Origin: Bacteroidia bacterium
Lineage (GTDB): Bacteria > Bacteroidota > Bacteroidia > SXHM01
Direction of reading: 5' to 3'
NCBI GenBank assembly: GCA_050186075.1
Contig: JBFWYU010000012.1
Span: 41,420 to 105,419, forward strand
DNA length: 64,000 nucleotides
This document shows, piece after piece, positions 27,401 through 32,681 of the stretch (position 1 is the stretch's first letter; each line of letters opens with the position of its first letter). The notes beneath the pieces are model-generated. The model was given only the letters and a program-made list of their open reading frames with translations. It had not been told where the DNA came from and did no database searches. The position numbers were made by a program, and so were the translations under genes.

Positions 27401-29467
27401 AATTCTACTTCTGAACAGGTAGAGGTGTATGCAGTAGCATCTGCTTCTGTAAGCGGACTTACTTCACCGTATTGTTCCAACAATACCACACCGGTAATTC
27501 TGAGCGGAACACCTTCGGGCGGTACCTTCAGCGGCCCCGGAATTTCAGGAAACAGTTTCACGCCTTCACTGGCAGGAATTGGAACATTTGATATTGATTA
27601 CATCGCAACGGATGGAAACGGTTGCTTCAGTTCAACTACAGAAACAGTTACCGTAAATGATATTCCGGTAGTAACGTTCACAGGACTTGCTGCCGAATAT
27701 TGTGCCGATGCTGCGGATGTAACATTGACATCAACTCCGAGCGGTGCACAGTTTTCAGGTCCGGGAATTTCGGGTAACACCTTTAGTCCTTCAACTGCAG
27801 GAGTGGGAACACATACCATTGTTTGCACCTACACGGATGGCAACAGCTGCACCAACAGCACTTCACAAACAGTTACGGTTCGTCCGCTGCCGGTTGTGAA
27901 TGTTACGCCTGCGGGTACTGCAGCCTTCTGCGTTGGCGGAAGTGTGCTGGTATCAGCAAGCAATGGCTTTGCATCGTACACCTGGTCCAACGGAAACACC
28001 AATCAAAGTTTCCTTGCCAACCAAACAGGACAATACACCGTTGATGTAGTGGATGTTTACGGTTGCACAGCAACATCTGCTCCTGTAAACGTTATTGTAA
28101 ATCAGTTGCCAGTTGTTGATTTGGGTAACGATACTACCATTTGCACAGGCAACAGCGTAACGCTGGATGCCGGAAACTTTGTATCGTATGTATGGAGCCC
28201 AACGGGCGCAACCTCACAAACCATTGTTGCGGCCAACAATGGCGCATACATGGTTACTGTAACCGATGCCAACGGATGCGTGGGCAGCGATCAGATTGGT
28301 GTAACGGTTGCTTCATTGTTACAGCCAACGGTTACTTCGTCCAGCAATACCAATACCTTTTGTCAGGGAGGCAGTTTAATATTGGATGCAGGTCCGGGCT
28401 ATGCTTCGTATGCATGGTCTGACGGAATTACATTCTCTCAAACGATGACCGTAACACAAGCCGGTTTCTTCAGCGTATTTGTAACTGATAACAGTGGTTG
28501 CACAGGGGCATCCACTCCTGTTTCGGTTACCATGTTCACGGTGCCGGCACCTATTGTTTTTGCTGATGGGCCGCTTGCATTCTGTCCGGGCGAAAGTGTA
28601 ACACTTAGCGCAGGTATTGGCTATAGTTCGTATGCATGGTCTCCTGGTGGCGAAAGCACTTCATCGATTACTGTTGACCAGGAAGGCAGTTATGTGCTCT
28701 CGGTTCAGGATCAGAACAGCTGTCCGGGAACTTCTGATACAATTGAGGTAACAGTATTTGACGTAACTACACCTGTTATTCAGGCTGACGGACCATTGCA
28801 GTTCTGCGCAGGCGACCAGGTTATACTCAGTGTTCAGGGAAGCTATGCTTCTTATCTGTGGACAAGCGGTTCTACTACTCCCGAAATTCTGGTTACCGAA
28901 AACGGGCAGTATGGTGTAACCGTTATGGATTTGAATGGCTGTATCGACTCATCGCAGACGGTAAACCCGGTAACGGTTACTGTTTGGGATCCTTTGGCTT
29001 TCATTCTTGAATCGGGCGACTCGCTTACCTGCACTCCTGCCTTTGCAGGTTATCAGTGGTATCTGAATGATACCTTGATACCGGGTGCAAACAGTCAGGT
29101 GCATGTTGCTCAGGAAAGCGGAAACTACAGCGTAGAGGTTACCGATGACCATGGTTGCACAGGCGGTTCAAACATTATTGAACACAGCATGGTGGGTATT
29201 CAGGATGTTGCTATTGATGCCAGCATCAGTATTTATCCTAACCCTACGCGTGGCGTGTTTACGTTCAATGCCCTGTTCAGCGGTTACGAAAACCTGAGAA
29301 TAGAATTGACCAATGCTCTTGGCCAGCTGATTATTCCGGTGGAAGATGTAAAAGATGTAATGACGGTGAAACGTGATTACAACCTGAACCATCTGCCAGA
29401 CGGTATGTATATGCTCACAATAAGAACGGAGAAAGGAAGCGTTACCAAACGCATTATTAAGAACTAA
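18500..29467 (+). CDS. Giant (3655 aa) modular Ig-like-repeat cell-surface protein with T9SS type-A C-terminal sorting domain, colinear paralogue of 7108-15900
   Basis: Single open frame with signal peptide MLKKFLLFFASAILFFTNSFSQ. It has a unique Cys/Trp-rich N-domain, then the same repeat classes in the same order as adhesin 1, plus a gene-specific 3 x 82-aa block. CTD ISIYPNPTRGVFTF...TEKGSVTKRIIKN. A strong terminator follows. Confidence 0.9.
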   Translation: MLKKFLLFFASAILFFTNSFSQNVTVEIDGDNLYYFESSCADCNGNPDPRWRARVYSPSGPYDWNVDRDGVCGWSGNTNYGWVAPQTQASNATMTMQLNGWESDGVFCGGDDYNCGGYSTVGTVQIDANPPCQWNYQNHGRWCGGGGYYEIQWSYYWYYQTINSGSINGTQTICSGGDPTTLGNASSGSTWVNYYWQYSDDSGGSWTTIGGATGATYDPPAGLTNTRWYRRVASTCGGAADAPTSPVVVTVNTLSVAPTGITGTTTICNGNSTTLTLTGGFAGTGATAQWFTGSCGGTSAGTGNSITVSPTTTTTYFVRYSGTCNTTTCASTTVTVNTLSTAPTGITGTTTICNGSSTTLTLSGGSAGTGATAQWFTGSCGGTSAGTGNSITVSPTTTTTYFVRYSGTCNTTTCASVTVTVNTLSVAPTGATGVTTICNGSSTTLTVSGGSAGTGATAQWFTGSCGGASAGTGNSINVSPTTTTTYYVRYSGTCNTTTCATVTVTVNTLSVAPTGATGTTTICNGGSTTLTVAGGSAGTGAVAEWFTGSCGGTLAGTGNSITVSPGTTTTYFVRYAGTCNTTGCGSVVVTVNTLSVAPTGATGTTTICNGSSTTLTVAGGSPGTGAVAEWFTGSCGGTSAGTGNSITVSPTTTTTYYVRYAGTCNTTSCGTVTVTVNTLSVAPAGITGTTTICNGNSTTLTVSGGSAGTGAVVEWFSGSCGGTSVGTGNSVTVSPTTTTNYYVRYAGTCNTTTCASTTVTVNTLSVAATGISGDVTICTGSPTTLSVVGGSLGTGATWQWYTGSCNGTSAGTGTSITVSPVSTTTYYVNAVGTCNTTVCQSVAVNVSVLPNGNITGTTAICIGQSTTLTFNLTAGSGPYDVVYTDGSTNFPLNGINSGHTISVTPGSTTAYSFVSITDANTCLRNSGFGASATVTVNPLPVVTFASFGPYCVNSAAISLSAFGSPAGGLFSGLGVTGPQGSQTFVPSSAGVGTHTLTYTYTNGNNCTSSATRNVTVNALPVVTFTNPGGPYCANQSTPVALSGSPSGGTFSGNGVSGNSFIPANAAVGNNVLTYTYTDGNGCTNTAQQTVVVTGLPLVTFSGLAGPYCVSQTTPVLLTGNQTGGTFSGPGISNLGSGTANFTPSLATTGVHNITFTYTDGNGCTNSQTQSVQVVALPLVSISGLAASYCVSNAAVQLTGFPSGGTFSGTPAVTSGGLFSPSTGEGNYTITYTYTNGNGCTNSTSVSTVVNALPVVSFSGFANPAQYCQNAAVVNLTGSPVGGTFSGQGVTSGGVFTPSTAGLGTHTITYSYSDGNGCANTSTQSVTVVAVPTVSFTGLVGDYCVNDASVTLTGNQSGGTFSGPGITDNGNGTASFSPTAAGIGGSYGITYTYTDGNGCSGTQTQQTVVHPMPVVAFSGLNVAYCVDASISLLTGSHAPGGSFIGTGITDNGNGTATFDPAAAGVGGLYAITYSYTDVFGCSSSISENTLVNDTPNVSFTGLHDICIDQPALILTGIPPGGIFSGNGVSGNAFYPSLAGLGVQTVTYYYNDGNGCDASYSDSARVYDIPQITAQPNDVQVCPGDAASFSVSAFGLGITYQWYVNDGNGFVVLNNGGIYSGATSSTLSISAVPPTLDGYQFNCVVTGATCLTSTTSNTVTIIENPSPTINTQPVDFAACAGDNAVFSVSASGTSLTYQWQVNTGGGWVNVTNGGVYSGALTNTLTITGFPVGMDGYLYQCVVTGTINCTSNSTSNPAELNVTTSPNIVTQPVTQNICEGDNAVFTVTAQGSGLSYQWQENTGSGFVNVINGGAYSGATTATLTVAGVISGMDGYQYQAIVSGSFCANTSTTNTVLINITTSPYIAQQPVDAYVCPTDPASFSVSVQGTGITYQWQVNNGSGWVNVTNTGVYSGATSATLNISSVLSNMDSYEYRCMVNGTFCSGTSTSLVGIIHINGAPVITQQPTDMNYCVGDNAAFTVNASGTGLTYQWQVNNGSGWVDLVNGINYSGVNNSTLNILAAPLSFDGNLYRVVVSGSINCSGTVTSDEVIFNEDPNPFISSQPVDQYVCTGDNAVFSVTASGSGLTYQWQVNTGGGFVNVTNGGVYSGATTSTLNITGVIAGMDGYTYQCIINGTICTGTSITNIVTLHETTSPYISVQPQDQSVCIGDNLAMTVTANGSGLTYQWQVNTGSGFVNVTDGGVYSGSTTSALIIAGATVGMNNYQYQVIINGTSCPDASTSNAVTLYVGQSPMIITDPVTMAVCDDFDASFSVTTLGNNLTYQWQVNTGSGFVDVVNGGVYSNATTTTLNITGADVSMNGYQYQVIVTGSINCALTSTSASAVLTVNPLPVVSISGLLTQYCVNAPVVTLTGVPSGGTFSGTGVTGTTFSPATAGVGGPYPVLYEYTDGNGCYNNATINVTVVAQPVVSFTGLAGPYCINDNTPVALTGSPSGGTFSGTGVTGNTFIPSIAQLGNNSVTYTYTNLNGCVNSVTQVAVVNNIPVVSFSGLNPEYCEDDNTVIVLTGNNAGGTFTSNGAGLTDNGNGTASYVASVAGAGTHTITYTYTDGNGCTNSETQSVLINTLPALTFSGLANQYCVVDPLTTLTGFPGGGTFSGPGVSGNSFDPAVAGLGLHTILYQYTDGVTGCSNSVAQNTIVYDQPVAVAGNGGDVCGLAFSLAATPSVGTGTWTATGPGTATYAPNANDANATATVSTHGTYTFTWTENNNGCSDAASVTVNFYDQPVVSAGQGGSECDLDFTFTGTTNLGTGTWSAAGPGTAFYTNSSSPTSSVMVSTSGVYTFTFTVTNGTCQTSDQVTVNFNTLPVADAGDDGSECDLDFVFNAAPTIGTGTWTQLSGPGTSIFSPDANDPAATVTVTAVGTYVFDWTEDHNGCTSSDDVSVVFHALPVVSISNLNAAYCINETAVINMTGTPAGGTFSGPGVVGTVFTPSVAGAGIHTVDYTYTDNFGCTNSTSEQVEVYAVASASVSGLTSPYCSNNTTPVILSGTPSGGTFSGPGISGNSFTPSLAGIGTFDIDYIATDGNGCFSSTTETVTVNDIPVVTFTGLAAEYCADAADVTLTSTPSGAQFSGPGISGNTFSPSTAGVGTHTIVCTYTDGNSCTNSTSQTVTVRPLPVVNVTPAGTAAFCVGGSVLVSASNGFASYTWSNGNTNQSFLANQTGQYTVDVVDVYGCTATSAPVNVIVNQLPVVDLGNDTTICTGNSVTLDAGNFVSYVWSPTGATSQTIVAANNGAYMVTVTDANGCVGSDQIGVTVASLLQPTVTSSSNTNTFCQGGSLILDAGPGYASYAWSDGITFSQTMTVTQAGFFSVFVTDNSGCTGASTPVSVTMFTVPAPIVFADGPLAFCPGESVTLSAGIGYSSYAWSPGGESTSSITVDQEGSYVLSVQDQNSCPGTSDTIEVTVFDVTTPVIQADGPLQFCAGDQVILSVQGSYASYLWTSGSTTPEILVTENGQYGVTVMDLNGCIDSSQTVNPVTVTVWDPLAFILESGDSLTCTPAFAGYQWYLNDTLIPGANSQVHVAQESGNYSVEVTDDHGCTGGSNIIEHSMVGIQDVAIDASISIYPNPTRGVFTFNALFSGYENLRIELTNALGQLIIPVEDVKDVMTVKRDYNLNHLPDGMYMLTIRTEKGSVTKRIIKN
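19253..21037 (+). repeat. 7 x 255-bp (85-aa) in-frame tandem class-1 repeats within adhesin 2
   Basis: Units start exactly at 19253, 19508, 19763, 20018, 20273, 20528 and 20783, each beginning with NTLS(V/T)A. The unit is NTLSVAPTG.TGTTTICNG.STTLT..GGSAGTGA.A.WFTGSCGGTSAGTGNSITVSPTTTTTY.VRY.GTCNTT.C...TVTV. Confidence 0.9.
21308..23197 (+). repeat. 8 x ~78-aa class-2 modules within adhesin 2
   Basis: Eight GG(L/T/S/I)F(S/I)G cores were counted. Long stretches are near-colinear with 8263-9906 of adhesin 1. Confidence 0.7.
23198..25528 (+). repeat. 8 x ~97-aa class-3 Ig-like (YQWQ) modules within adhesin 2
   Basis: Eight (I/L)(T/S)YQW(Y/Q) cores were counted. 2331 nt / 8 = 291 nt per unit. 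Confidence 0.8.
25529..26464 (+). repeat. 4 class-2 (~78-aa) modules within adhesin 2
   Basis: NPLPVVSISGLLTQYCV...GGTFSGTG...YEYTDGNGC and three following units. Confidence 0.7.
26465..27202 (+). repeat. 3 x 82-aa adhesin-2-specific module (DQPV..AG.GG.(V/E)C.L.F...........GTGTW...GPGT........)
   Basis: DQPVAVAGNGGDVCGLAFSLAATPSVGTGTWTATGPGTATY..., DQPVVSAGQGGSECDLDFTFTGTTNLGTGTWSAAGPGTAFY... and TLPVADAGDDGSECDLDFVFNAAPTIGTGTWTQLSGPGTSIF... No counterpart in adhesin 1. Confidence 0.75.
27203..27880 (+). repeat. 3 class-2 (~75-aa) modules within adhesin 2
   Basis: ALPVVSISNLNAAYC...GGTFSGPG and two following units. Confidence 0.65.
27881..29214 (+). repeat. 6 class-4 (~75-aa) modules within adhesin 2
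   Basis: RPLPVVNVTPAGTAAFCVGGSVLVSASNGFASYTWSNGNT... and following units, colinear with 14317-15651. Confidence 0.65.
29215..29464 (+). other. T9SS type-A C-terminal sorting domain of adhesin 2
   Basis: ISIYPNPTRGVFTFNALFSGYENLRIELTNALGQLIIPVEDVKDVMTVKRDYNLNHLPDGMYMLTIRTEKGSVTKRIIKN. Confidence 0.8.
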
Positions 29468-29491
29468 GCCAATATAGTTTGTAAAAGAGAA

Positions 29492-29522
29492 AGAGCCCCG
29501 CCAATGGCGGGGCTCTTTTTTT
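29492..29522 (+). terminator. Rho-independent terminator after adhesin 2
   Basis: AGAGCCCCGCC aat GGCGGGGCTCT followed by a T7 run: an 11-bp perfect stem, 25 nt after the stop. Confidence 0.85.
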
Positions 29523-29536
29523 GCTCAATTTATAGA

Positions 29537-29848
29537 AACACGGAACTCCGTGTTGGTATAAATTGAACGCTTTGGTACAACACGGAACTGCGTGTTGGTA
29601 TGAATTGAATGCTTCAGTATAACACGGAACTCCGTGTTGGTATATATCAATCGCTTTGGTATAACACGGAACTCCGTGTTGGTATAAATCAAACGTTTTG
29701 GTGTAACACGGAACTCCGTGTTGGTATGAATTGAATGTTTTGGTGTAACACGGAATCCCGTGTTAATATAAATCAAACGTTTTAATGTAACACGAAGCTC
29801 CGTGTTGGTCTGAATGGAGTGATTTGGTATAACACAGAACTCCGTGTT
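29537..29848. repeat. Non-coding tandem array of 8 units with exact 42-bp period, each with the 18-bp palindrome AACACGGAACTCCGTGTT plus a 24-bp semi-conserved linker
   Basis: Palindrome copies start at 29537, 29579, 29621, 29663, 29705, 29747, 29789 and 29831. Copies 1, 3, 4 and 5 are perfect; copy 2 has one mismatch; copies 6-8 are progressively degenerate. Linkers resemble each other (GGTATAAATCAAACGTTTTGGTGT-like). Confidence 0.9.
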
Positions 29849-29935
29849 TATATAATTAAGACAATACGCTCAATGTTTGGTTTTGCAAATACGAATATGC
29901 GATAGTTGCAAATATTATCTTTATGTAAAGAAAAA

Positions 29936-29961
29936 GGGTTGCACACTTGCAGCCCTTTTTT
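29936..29961 (+). terminator. Terminator-like hairpin with T-run, 41 nt upstream of the LTD gene
   Basis: GGGTTGCA cact TGCAGCCC TTTTTT: an 8-bp stem including one G-U pair. No ORF lies between this and the previous terminator. Confidence 0.45.
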
Positions 29962-30001
29962 GTTTCCCCCTAATCTTTAACTTGCAGCCCCAAAGACCCC
30001 T

Positions 30002-32641
30002 ATGAAAAGAATAATTCTTATCGTTCTTATTTTTTTTACCCCGCTCTTATGGAAACGTTGGGGGGCTGAGGCTGCTGCACAATTCGTTGACAACTTCTCC
30101 GATGCCGACTTCACCACCAACCCAGTGTGGACAGGCGAAACCACCAAGTTTGAAGTAGACGGTACTTTCCAGCTCCACCTCAATGCGCCCGCCCTCAGCG
30201 ATACTGCTTACCTTGCCACTGCCAACAGCGTTGTCTTTTCCGATACCATCCAGTGGGAGTTTTATTTCCGCATGAACTTTGACCCCAGCAACAGCAACAA
30301 CCTTAAAATATATTTAGTCAGCGATCAGGAAAACCTGCGCGGAAGTTTAAACGGCTACTATCTGCGCTTTGGCGAAAACGGCTCCACCGACCGCCTCAAA
30401 TTCTTCAAACAAAGCGGCACCACCGGCACCGAACTCTTTGCAGGAACTGTAAACTCTTTTGGCATCAATCCTGCCGAAGGCCGAATAAAAGTAGAACGCT
30501 TTCCCGATGGAACATGGAACTTTTATTCCGACAGCACAACAGGAAACAACTTCGTCCTCGAAGGAAGTGTGAACGATGTTACATTCCTCACCACTTCACA
30601 CTTTGGTGTCTCCTGCAAATACACCAGCAGCAACAACGCCAACTTTTTCTTCGATGATTTCAATGTTACCGGCCCCACCTTTGTAGATGATATTTTGCCA
30701 GAAGTAACAACCGTTTCCATCACTTCAACCAACTCGCTGGATGTTATTTTCTCCGAAACTGTTAGTCAGTTAACAGCCGAAACCATCACCAACTATTCTG
30801 CAGATAACAGCCTTGGAAATCCGCAAACCGCCACGCGTGATATCAGCAATGCCAACATCGTTCACCTCAACTTTGCAACAAATTTTACACCCGGAACACT
30901 CTACACCCTCAGCATATCCAATGTGCAGGATGCTGCCGGAAACACCATGCTTTCCTCACAACATCCCTTCGTGTATTATTTTCCGCAGCGCTACGATGTG
31001 GTGTTCAACGAAGTAATGGCCGACCCAACCCCCACAATTGGCTTGCCCGAATTTGAATACACCGAATTGTATAACCGCACCCAGGTTCCCATTAATGTAA
31101 AAGACTGGAAGTTTACTTACGGAAGCACCACCAAGCTCTTGCCCGATGCCGTAATTCTGCCCGATAGTTTTTTAATCCTGGTAAGCGAATCGGCTTTTCC
31201 AAGTTTTAGTTTCTACCCTAATGCAATTGCGGTGGAAGGACTTTCTACCACTGCACTTACCAATGACGGACAAATACTTATTTTGCAAGACAGCAGCGGA
31301 AATATTATTCACACACTCGTTTATTCCATCGACTGGTATGGCAATCCTGACAAAGAAGAAGGCGGTTGGTCGCTCGAACAGATTGACCCCGAAAATGTGT
31401 GTGGAACAAACAACAACTGGAAAGCAAGCACAGCACAATTAGGCGGAACTCCCGGAAAAACAAACTCCGTTAACGCAGCTAATCCTGATCCCGAAGCTCC
31501 GACACCCGAACGGGTGAACGTTGTTGACAACACAACCATCACTGTTTTCTTCAACGAAAAGTTAGACAGTCTTTTTGCAATCAATACCGCAAACTATTTT
31601 ATTGACAACGGTATCGGAACACCGCTTTCGGCAACTCCTGAATGGCCTGCAATGAACACCGTAACACTTGCACTCGCTCAGCCACTGCAGGTGCAAACCA
31701 TTTACAACCTCTATGTAAGCAACATGCAGGATTGCGCTGCCAATGCAATACAAGACAGCATCGGGGTGCGCTTTGCCATTCCCGAATTTCCTGACACAAA
31801 CGACATCATCGTCAACGAAATTCTCTTTTATCCTTATGATGACGGAGTGGATTTTGTAGAGGTGTATAACCGCTCTTCAAAAGTAATTGATCTTAAGAGC
31901 CTGCGCATCGCCAACTTCGATACCATTGGTGTGCCGCCCATCAACCAGAAAATTATTGCGCCACTCGGCTACCTGCTCTTCCCCGGTGAATACATGGTGT
32001 TAACCACTTCACCCGATGCAGTAAAATCAGATTACTCAACTACTAACCCAACCGGTTTCCTCAAAGTTGCTTCCATGCCTTCTTTCAATATTGATGCAGG
32101 CTCTGTAGTTCTCAATGACACGCTTGGCAACATCATCGACCTGTTCATTTACGATGAAGCCATGCACATTCCTTTGCTCAACAGCTTTAAAGGTGTTTCG
32201 CTCGAACGCATTGCATTTGAACGTTCCTCTGCCGATCGCAGCAACTGGCACTCAGCCGCAGAAACCGCAGGATTTGCAACTCCTGCATACCAGAACTCAC
32301 AGTTTGATGTTCCGCAGATTGAAGACTCTCCAATCACCCTTGAGCCCGAAATCTTCTCTCCTGACAACGATGGCTACAACGATGTCATCAACTTCAATTA
32401 CGTTTTTGATACACCCGGATTTATCGCCACCATCACCATCTACGATGCACGCGGAAGAACAATAAAAAATCTGCTCACGAATGAATTGCTCGGCACCACC
32501 GGCACCATCTCATGGGACGGAATAAACGAAAGCAGCGAGAAAGCACGTATCGGAATTTATATTGCTTACATTGAACTGTTCAACATCGCAGGCGAGCAGA
32601 AGAACTACAAGAAGTCGTTTGTATTAGGTGGTAGGTTGTAG
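30002..32641 (+). CDS. Lamin-tail-domain (LTD) containing secreted protein with T9SS type-B (gliding-motility-associated, CHU_C-like) C-terminal sorting domain
   Basis: Signal peptide MKRIILIVLIFFTPLLW. Two LTD-like segments (VVFNEVMADPTP...PEFEYTELYN and IIVNEILFYPYDDGVDFVEVYN). C-terminus EIFSPDNDGYNDVINFNY...ITIYDARGRTIKNL...ISWDGINE...GIYIAYIEL...SFVLGGRL matches the F(T/S)P(N/D).DG.ND / W.G / G.Y.Y pattern of type-B CTDs. Confidence 0.7.
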   Translation: MKRIILIVLIFFTPLLWKRWGAEAAAQFVDNFSDADFTTNPVWTGETTKFEVDGTFQLHLNAPALSDTAYLATANSVVFSDTIQWEFYFRMNFDPSNSNNLKIYLVSDQENLRGSLNGYYLRFGENGSTDRLKFFKQSGTTGTELFAGTVNSFGINPAEGRIKVERFPDGTWNFYSDSTTGNNFVLEGSVNDVTFLTTSHFGVSCKYTSSNNANFFFDDFNVTGPTFVDDILPEVTTVSITSTNSLDVIFSETVSQLTAETITNYSADNSLGNPQTATRDISNANIVHLNFATNFTPGTLYTLSISNVQDAAGNTMLSSQHPFVYYFPQRYDVVFNEVMADPTPTIGLPEFEYTELYNRTQVPINVKDWKFTYGSTTKLLPDAVILPDSFLILVSESAFPSFSFYPNAIAVEGLSTTALTNDGQILILQDSSGNIIHTLVYSIDWYGNPDKEEGGWSLEQIDPENVCGTNNNWKASTAQLGGTPGKTNSVNAANPDPEAPTPERVNVVDNTTITVFFNEKLDSLFAINTANYFIDNGIGTPLSATPEWPAMNTVTLALAQPLQVQTIYNLYVSNMQDCAANAIQDSIGVRFAIPEFPDTNDIIVNEILFYPYDDGVDFVEVYNRSSKVIDLKSLRIANFDTIGVPPINQKIIAPLGYLLFPGEYMVLTTSPDAVKSDYSTTNPTGFLKVASMPSFNIDAGSVVLNDTLGNIIDLFIYDEAMHIPLLNSFKGVSLERIAFERSSADRSNWHSAAETAGFATPAYQNSQFDVPQIEDSPITLEPEIFSPDNDGYNDVINFNYVFDTPGFIATITIYDARGRTIKNLLTNELLGTTGTISWDGINESSEKARIGIYIAYIELFNIAGEQKNYKKSFVLGGRL

Positions 32642-32650
32642 AAGCAGTTT

Positions 32651-32675
32651 GTCACCCTGAGCGTAGTCGAAGGGC
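32651..32675. repeat. Short intergenic motif GTCACCCTGAGCGTAGTCGAAGGGC
   Basis: Sits in the 40-nt gap between the convergent LTD and porP/sprF genes. I recognise this as a motif type recurrent in Bacteroidota intergenic DNA. Only one copy is present in this window. Confidence 0.35.
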
Positions 32676-32681
32676 TAACAA

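Noticed and set aside
7066-29467. The adhesin repeats could be targets of a diversity-generating retroelement or an invertible-promoter phase-variation system.
   Set aside because: There is no reverse transcriptase, no template-repeat/variable-repeat pair with adenine-specific differences, no recombinase or invertase gene, and no flanking inverted repeats around the promoters within the window.
29525-29776. An 83-aa minus-strand ORF (NTEFRVTPKRLIYT repeated) lies inside the 42-bp array.
   Set aside because: The open frame is a by-product of a 42-bp (14-codon) repeat lacking stops. It starts at a TTG, covers only part of the array, and the peptide has no recognisable features. I cannot fully exclude a small repetitive peptide; Ribo-seq would settle it.
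29537-29848. The 42-bp array could be a CRISPR array.
   Set aside because: The inter-palindrome segments are variants of one consensus rather than unique spacers. The conserved part is only about 18-23 bp, the period is 42 bp, and no cas genes are in the window. It is a tandem repeat.
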